A DNA stretch of 38,589 nt. Source: Nemertoderma westbladi. Taxonomy: Eukaryota; Animalia; Xenacoelomorpha. This document shows positions 31,791 through 38,589 of this stretch, piece after piece (the first letter of the stretch is position 1; each line of letters opens with the position of its first letter). The DNA lies in NCBI GenBank assembly GCA_032718475.1, contig JAUCBJ010003614.1, positions 1 to 38,589 on the forward strand, given 5' to 3'. Made by a program: the position numbers and the translations under genes. A model generated the notes under the pieces. That model saw only the letters and a program-made list of their open reading frames with translations. It searched no databases and was not told the origin of the DNA.

Positions 31791-34408
31791 CCCATACCCC
31801 TGTTCCTGAGTTCTAATTTGCTCCTCCCGTCTTGGGAACCATCTGTGTTCCTTGCCCCTATCGTCATCTTGCCTGGGCCGTTTTCCTCCTTCCTTTTTAT
31901 CCTTGAGGCTACTCATCCTCGTCAATACCGTCTTACTAAGTCCCGTCATTGGTTCTTTGGGCGCAGGTGTTATCAACTCCCGGTATCACTTTGCAGGTGG
32001 TCCACTGAGTGTCCCTCCTCTTTCCCTCTGGTAGCATCCCACAAGATCATCTTCATTGCCCGCGGCATGTGCTCCCCCAGAAAGTCCCTAAATTCGATTC
32101 TATTTTCTGGCGACCACCTGTCTAGGTATCTTTGAGTGTTAATGACCCCTCCGTATGATGCTGCTGTCGCTACCTCCTGATACATGAATGGTTGTCTCCT
32201 CTTGGTGATCTCCTGGTGGGCTTCCACGTTGATGCTAAAGAAGCCCCACCGGAACTCCTGTGCCTTCATCCTTTGTCGTGTCATGACTCCGACGTCGGCC
32301 CACTCCTCAAAGATCCGGAACTTCTCCTCATCGTCCATCCAGTCGCACTGACGCTCAAAGTTCCCTCTAAACTTGCACTTTGAACTTCTGTTCTGCAAGT
32401 GGTAGTAGAGACACGCCGCCCCCTTCTGGAAACGGTACAGACAGTTCTTTTGCTGGTGGGTTAGTCTCCCACAGTAATGGCAATCGTGTACCAGTGTGTC
32501 CTGCCCCAAGTCGTCCTTGGCTCCGCGTGGCCTTCTGGGTCTATGGAGTCGCTGGTAGGCAAACATCTGGACGCTGTCCTCCCTACCCATGTCGATGTCC
32601 TCCTCCATCCTCGGCATTGTTTCCCCAAACACTACCCATGGTGCCGTTCCCGGTTGCTCGCCCAACCTGATCGTACTCGCCGCAAAATCCATCGCCGGCT
32701 CCCCGTGCTCCCAGGTCCGCTTACCGGGTTTGTCCCAGAAGGCTCTCGCCCCGCTGGCCATTGCCACCCTCCCGTCCACCCAGTCCATATCCGAGTGGCC
32801 GATCCTCGCTATCGGTAGCATAGCCCCGAATTCGTCCTCCTCCTCTTCTCCTGCTGGGGCCGCAATCCTCTCTATCGGCGGCATCGCCCCGAACTCATCC
32901 TCTTCTTCCTCTCCTGCCGGGAGTGGATCTGAACCCGGTAGCCCGGTCGATCCACTGTGTCCCTTTCCACCCTGGTATCCGCCCGTAACCTTCCACCCTT
33001 CTAGCTCCCTCCATCTCTTCCTCCCAATGTCGCCTTCAGAGCCCCCTGGCATGGGCGTTCCTTGCAACCCCGAGATGTTGACTGTCTCGGTGCTTCTTCC
33101 ATCCAACCCAGTTCGTCCTCCAGTCGAAACTCGTCTGAGGTCTCTGATCCCCACCTCCCCAATCTTCCGTTCTCGATCTTCCAAGAGTTGGGCTTCGAGC
33201 TCACGCTCCTCTCCCCTTATATCCGCTTCTCTTTCCGCTGCCTCGCTCCTTTCTCTCCTGGCAACCTCCTCTAGTCTCCTCTCCTCGACCCTATCCGCTT
33301 CCAGTTTTTTCCATCGTTTGTACGGTGTGTCTACCTCTCTGTCCACTAGGTGTCTGGTATCGTAATATACCGCCTCGCCCTTCAGCCCCGGGTGGTCTAC
33401 AAGACCTTCGAAGGCCACCTTAAAGGCTCTCCTGTGATTCAGAGGTGCTCCTGATAGTAGAAATGCCGTCGGCTCTCTCCCGATAGTCACCGTAATGAAT
33501 AGGTTTAATAAACCTATCATTATCCAATCTTCCTGTAAGATATATCTCTTCTGATATATCTTTATCGCTCCCCTCCGGAACTGATATACTTCCTGCTTTC
33601 CTGGTCTCACTCCCCATTTCAGCGAGTTAGCAAGTTCCGCTCTGTATTCTTCCCAAAACTTGCTCCAGTCCATCGGCTTGTGGCAGACGAGCCCCATGAG
33701 TTGGCCCATCGCCACGGCTCCACAATGGCCCGTGTTCTCCACCAATCCCATCCCCTCTGGTCTCATCATAGCCATATAGACTACTTGCATGTCCAGGAGA
33801 TTGAACGTGTCCGGTCCAATAATCCTATCCGCATCGTCGCGGATTGCCGATCCCACCTTGACCATAATTTTCTGTCTCACTATGTCCTGCACTGCCCTCA
33901 GCAACCCGTTTAACTTCGGCCCGCTCTTCTTTCCGTTGGTCCCCAGGTCGAATAGAAAGATATCACTGTTCGGCGCTGCCAAATGCAGCAATATAGTTCT
34001 AGCCGATCCCGCCGACCCCCTTCTCGAGCTCTCGTCATCCTCCACAGTCCCTTCGTCGTCTAGGACCATGTAACCACCCCTCTCCATGGAATCTACAAAT
34101 CTGCTCCACTCCTTCCTCGGTGGTTCCCTCGGATACTTCGGTATCCCGAACTTCGCCTCGTCTCCCTTCACTACGTAGCAAAGATGCTCATGGATTGCGT
34201 TGTCCAACGACGGCGTCCCGTAGGTCCCGACCAGTCGTCGTTCGTGCATCTCCCTAAACTGGTCCTATAGCGCATGTGCTCTGTGACCCTTTGGCAGTAG
34301 TTTGTAGTATCCCTTCGTCTTCTCCTCTGGATGCCTCTGTGTGAAGTCCACTAGCAACTCCTTTCCAGTCTTCTCCGACTTTCTCCTCTTTACTAACTTC
34401 TCCGCCAT
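31791..34408 (-). pseudogene. ORF3 of B (homolog of A ORF3); last codons lie at 19285-19334
   Basis: MAEKLVKRRKSEKTGKELLVDFTQRHPEEKTKGYY. TAG at 34265-34267, 63-bp duplication, deletion in knuckle 2, frameshift ~32000. The frame continues ...QGYG|CAWKAPHERNSTNS-stop across the TSD. Confidence 0.85.
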
Positions 34409-34509
34409 CACGAATCAACTCGCTCTCACTTAACTGGTGGGGCCTTACAAAGGCTCAGTTCAAGTGAGGGTCGTCAAACAGAATGCTGACTGTTCCATTC
34501 AGTGATGGC
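34404..34509 (-). promoter_or_regulatory. Predicted structured RNA element enclosing the ORF3 start codon (B)
   Basis: GCCATCAC(T)GAAT/ATTCGTGATGGC, CTCACTT(G)AACTG/CAGTTAAGTGAG and GCCTT-tgt-AAGGC. Confidence 0.6.
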
Positions 34510-34904
34510 CTACCTCCTATGCTACGTTTCTTTCGGTATATTTGCACAAATATACACCCCTACGTGTCAATTTCTCCTAATTTGTAATTTTTGTCCATTG
34601 CTTTTATTAATGATTCTAGAATTTTCTCCCCCCAGTTGCCATAATTTGTTAATTTGTTAATTTTCTATTTTCATTTTTATTTATATTTCCCCATTCCGTG
34701 TGCTATTATTAACTGTCTGTCATTGGCTTACTTACTTGAGTATCCCCTCTACTTGTATAAAGAGAAGACTAGCTACAATTTTCTCATTGCTGCGCTAGCT
34801 TCCTACCAGACAGGTTTCTGGCGCTGTAACAATACCCTATGTCTGTACTATGGGCTGTGTGGTACAGTAGTCTATTTCGTGCAGCCTACACGGTCAATCC
34901 TACT

Positions 34905-35175
34905 ATGCCCACATGCCCCCCTCTTCCCTCCGTCGTGCCCTCAGTGCCCACAAGTTCTACGGTACTGTGTACTCTTCTACTACGGTATTGTACATACCCC
35001 AATTCCTCACATGGCGCCCTCAGTGCCCACAAGTGCTACGGTACTGTGTACCCTTCTACTACGGTATGCGTACATACCCCCCAATTCCTCACGTGACACC
35101 CTCAGTGTCCACAAGTTCTACGGTACGTGTATCCTTCTACTACGGTATGCGTACATACGGTACTACGGTACGTAA
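34905..35175. repeat. Tandem repeat (~80-bp unit, ~3 copies) in the pol-ORF3 spacer of B
   Basis: ccctcagtg(c/t)ccacaagt...tactacggta recurs at 34938, 35017, 35098. Confidence 0.85.
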
Positions 35176-35427
35176 ATTAGGTACATTGGTACATTATTGT
35201 ACCCTTCCAACGTACATAATTGTAACTACCTACATTGTATATTATGTACATTGGTACATCTCTACCCATCAGATGTACATAATATCTACTATCTACCTAC
35301 AGCGTACCTTGGTACTAAGTACTTATTTCATTATTTTGCTTATTTTTTATGTTTATTTTATGTCTGGGAAGGGCATCTCGCCCTCATTCCCACCCCCCCT
35401 CAGTCCAATATATTGGACGACTCAACT

Positions 35428-37342
35428 CTAAGGCGACCCTTCCAATAGGAATTACTTTCCTACCGCCCTCCTGTAGGTATTCCTATCTTTGGCCCCTATC
35501 TTTCCTCCGATCCTTACTTCCACGGATCTAATCCTTCCATCCTCGTCGGGGTAGGTTTCTACTACCCTAGCTAGTCTCCACTGGTTATTGGTAATTGTGT
35601 CATCCGTGACAATTATCAAGTCACCCTTCTTTAGTTCCCTTTGGCTATTCTTCCACTTACTCCTTTTATGTAGTGTTGGAAGGTACTCCTGTATCCACCT
35701 TGTCCAATACTCTGCTCTTATCATCTTAGCGACTTTCCAACTTTGACGCGAATGTATATCGTCTGGATCCACGCTTCGCATGTCAATCATCGCTGGTCTC
35801 TCCATGAGTACGTATGCTGGTATGAGGATGTCCAGTGATTCTGGGTTGTCGTTCTCGGGGTATACAGGTCGACTATTAATAATCCCTTCACATTTCGCCA
35901 GCACTGTCCTCAATACGTCCACTGTGACCATGTGATTATTCATCAGTTTGGTCATTAGTCCTTTGGAGCTTCCCACAAGCCGCTCTACACACCCTAGTGT
36001 ATGTGGCGCGTATGGTGTTGTCCTTCCCCACCTTATTAGGTGTTTCCTCATCGCCGCCCTGACATCTTCTCCCTCCAGGATGTCGAGGGCCTCCGCTAAC
36101 TCATTCTCCGCGCCCACAAAGTTAGTCCCGTTGTCTGAGTATAATACCTCAACCGTCCCTCCCCTGCGGGTTACAAACCTCTCTAGTGCATTGATAAATG
36201 CCGACGACGTAGTCTCCTGGGCTAGTTCTATCCCCACTGCCCTAGTATTATTGCAGACGAAGATAATGCCGTAGCGTTTCTCCGTATGCCGCATCACCTT
36301 TATCTTAATCGGCCCAAACATGTCCACGCCGCAGTGTGTAAATGGTGGGTAGTTTGTTTGTTGTATCTGTTTGCCGGTAATGGCCCCATCTCCTGTACAT
36401 CCCTCTCCTTCTTCGTCCGTTGGCAGGTCTGGCACTGCCCCACTACCGCCTTTACCATCTTTCTGAGTTGGATAACCCAGAATGTCTTCCGGATCTCCGT
36501 CAGAGTCTGGTTAGTGCCCCGATATAGTATAGATTTATGGGAATCCCATATGATCTGGTGGACTATTGGTGACTTGTTGGGGATTATTATCGGTTTTGGT
36601 GGAATGACTGGGCTGTTGTTGTTTACCACCCTGGAATTCATCACCAGGATCCTGTCATCGTCCAATTGTGGCAACAGTGCGTTGAGTTCGCTGTCTTGAC
36701 GAAGGCGTTGTTGCTTGCTGACTCTGTTCACTTCGTCCCCGTACCCCTTCCTTTGCTCGTATCGTATCACGGCTTTGGCCACCCCTTCCAGATCGATAGT
36801 GGGTCTCGTTTTGGTATCCTTACCAACTCCCCTGAGGAAATTTCCATAGGCCCACAGATGTGCTACCAGCTTCTTAGTCTTATACCAGCTGGAGATGTAA
36901 CTGAGCAACCTATCTGTTGGGTTGTCGCACGGCTCTCTAGGTTTTAGTTGCGGTGGCACTTCCTTAATCTCCCTCGCCAATTGGCTGTATATTTCTTCCT
37001 CCTCCGATTCCTCTCCCTCCTCCTCCACTGTCACTTCCTCTGTACCTGGGTCTACCTTCCTCATTGGTGGCCAACTCGACCTATCATTAAAGAAGTGCGG
37101 CCCATGCTGCCACAACCGCTCGAGAAATGCTTTCTCGAGAAATCGTGGCATACAATGCCCCTTGATAGCAGATCTGCTGGATCGTCGTCGTTTGGGCAGT
37201 AGTGCCACTTTTCCAGATTGGTCATTGCCCTTATCTCGTCCACCCTGTTTGCCACAAATATAGGGTAATGTGGCTTCTCGTTATGTAGCCATCCTAACCC
37301 TACCATAGAATCTGTCCAGTAGTGCATCTCTACTATACTCGG
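35428..37342 (-). pseudogene. pol: Pol 3' part of B (RNase H end + integrase), frameshifted
   Basis: HYWTDS, DPADLLSRG, GVDMFGP, SDNGTNF, GCVERLV, WTRWIQEYLPTL, WRLARVVETYPDEDGRIRSV. Confidence 0.93.
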
Positions 37343-37914
37343 TGATGGATTATTTCACTATAAGGTAGCATTTGTAGCTTAACGTAAAAACTTTCTAAAA
37401 TCCGACGCATTTTGATTAAATTACAGTAATGTAATATGCCTATTCATATTGGTACACATAAACCCATAGGTAACTCTATTGGCGCAGTGGTCAGATGGTT
37501 AAGGCGTTGGTTACATTACAAGTAGGTTACGAGTTCGAATCCCGGTCGGGAATTTGCATTTTTGGGCAATTTATTTTCGCTTTGATTAAATTAGATAAGC
37601 CAATGAGGTGCATACAACATGTGGAACGTTGAGTTGGGCCAATCATAGGGCATAGAACATCTTATTGCTCCAATGTGAGGCCATGGAATGCTCTGGAAGG
37701 TTCTAGCGGATTCTATGTCCCAGATTTGCTATATAAGGGCTGGTTTGCCTTTGGTTATCACTTGTTATTTCTAACATCTCTCTCCCTAATATCATTAGGA
37801 TAATATCTTAGTTATCACCTTTCTGAGAATTATGTAAATTTAGTTAATAAATCTTTTGTAAATGACATAAATATACTGTAAACTTTGAACATGTATATTT
37901 ATCTTTGCCCACCA
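37343..37914 (+). mobile_element. Possible LTR of a third element that truncates B
   Basis: B pol homology stops at 37342 and TGATGG begins. TATATAAG at ~37730, AATAAA at ~37846, ends CCCACCA followed by cTGG. No second LTR in the window. Confidence 0.4.
37481..37550 (+). other. tRNA-derived (SINE-head-like) sequence with Pol III A and B boxes
   Basis: TGGTCAGATGGTTAAGGCG and GAGTTCGAATCCC, followed by a T5 run at 37559-37563. No intact cloverleaf. Confidence 0.6.
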
Positions 37915-38482
37915 CTGGGACAGCCAAGCATTTGGAAGATGGCAGCCTAGACCATTAGGCCATGAGCAACGCAGGGAAAGATGACCACAACACGCTAAGC
38001 GCCCACATTAGATTTGCCCGCGCGCCCGTTCGAAGCATGCCCCCTTGCCATACAGCACCCACTTCAGAGGAAGGTAAGACTTTGTTTGACGCCCTTGCCC
38101 GCAGTAGGACCTATAGATCAGGGTAAGCATGACGCCGTCCTGGGACGCTGTAAAATTTAGGATCGAATATTTTAGACTTAGACAGGAGCAAACAAGCAAA
38201 ATCCCCGGATTAACCTGTATCTCCTACAGGTGTGAACTATTGCTGATCGTCAGTACGCGCAAGTACACTTTAGGTGCAGACAGCACAAGTTAATAATAAT
38301 TATAATAATTTGGTGATTTGCAGTACTGACAGCTCTGTACCAGTTCACTTTGTAGTTTATACATTTGCCCGCCCCTGTCTGAGCCCGAAATATTTGATCA
38401 GGCAAGGAGCAGCTTTCTGCTACTGGCACATGCTTGGCCTAGGGAGGTTACTAATATCCTAGCGCGCCTTGCCACATACTGA

Positions 38483-38589
38483 TACTACTACTACTACTAC
38501 TACTACTACTAGGATCGGCATGCTGCATTGCAGCTGCATTTTTAAGAATGCTGTGCCGGCTTGTCAACAAAATTGCGCCGCCACAACTC
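38483..38589 (-). mobile_element. 3' end of a second copy of the RTE family, with (TAG)n tail
   Basis: Reverse complement gagttgtggcggcgcaattttgttgacaa...gcagcatgccgatcctagtagtag matches 4098-4158. Confidence 0.9.

Larger units (their letters stand above)
18005..37342 (-). mobile_element. BEL/Pao LTR retrotransposon B (5' part outside or disrupted; interrupted by element A)
   Basis: On the minus strand: RNase H end, integrase, spacer, ORF3, then across TSD CCCAT the ORF3 tail, 3' UTR, PPT and 3' LTR. Collinear with element A. Confidence 0.9.

Noticed and set aside
34654-35431. 172-173 aa ORFs in the B spacer
   Set aside because: Products of the tandem repeat on the antisense strand, with no counterpart in A.
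20407-37263. Many antisense or overlapping ORFs in elements A and B
   Set aside because: Shadows of purine-rich, GC-rich coding strands with no independent motifs.
37481-37550. Functional tRNA gene
   Set aside because: Acceptor and anticodon stems do not pair; only the A and B boxes remain.

Overview
Repeat-rich eukaryotic (animal-type) DNA with no prokaryotic features. A minus-strand host gene is visible as two tandem 123-bp calcium-binding EGF exons (17834-17956, 17552-17674) and a frame-compatible terminal exon (1592-2340: SEA-like, Thr-rich stalk, GPI-like end). The ~15-kb gap between them holds nested mobile DNA: a decayed LINE interrupted by an RTE fragment, a 53-bp insert and a Penelope-like element (GIY-YIG ORF, inverted terminal repeats with minimal hammerhead ribozymes). 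The Penelope-like element encloses a ~152-160-bp satellite and a probable HINE-like element with a 315-bp array rich in CTCF-like motifs; a CR1-like fragment follows. The right half is a BEL/Pao LTR nest: full-length element A (19335-31790, +, TSD CCCAT) inside related element B (-), which is cut by a third LTR-like insertion. Main finding: A and B both carry, at the env position, an ~850-aa ORF3 with a WRN/EXD/Mut-7-like DEDDy 3'-5' exonuclease domain, a coiled coil and three CCHC knuckles. In both, a ~105-nt covarying RNA structure sequesters the ORF3 AUG. All calls come from reading the sequence by eye; no searches were run.
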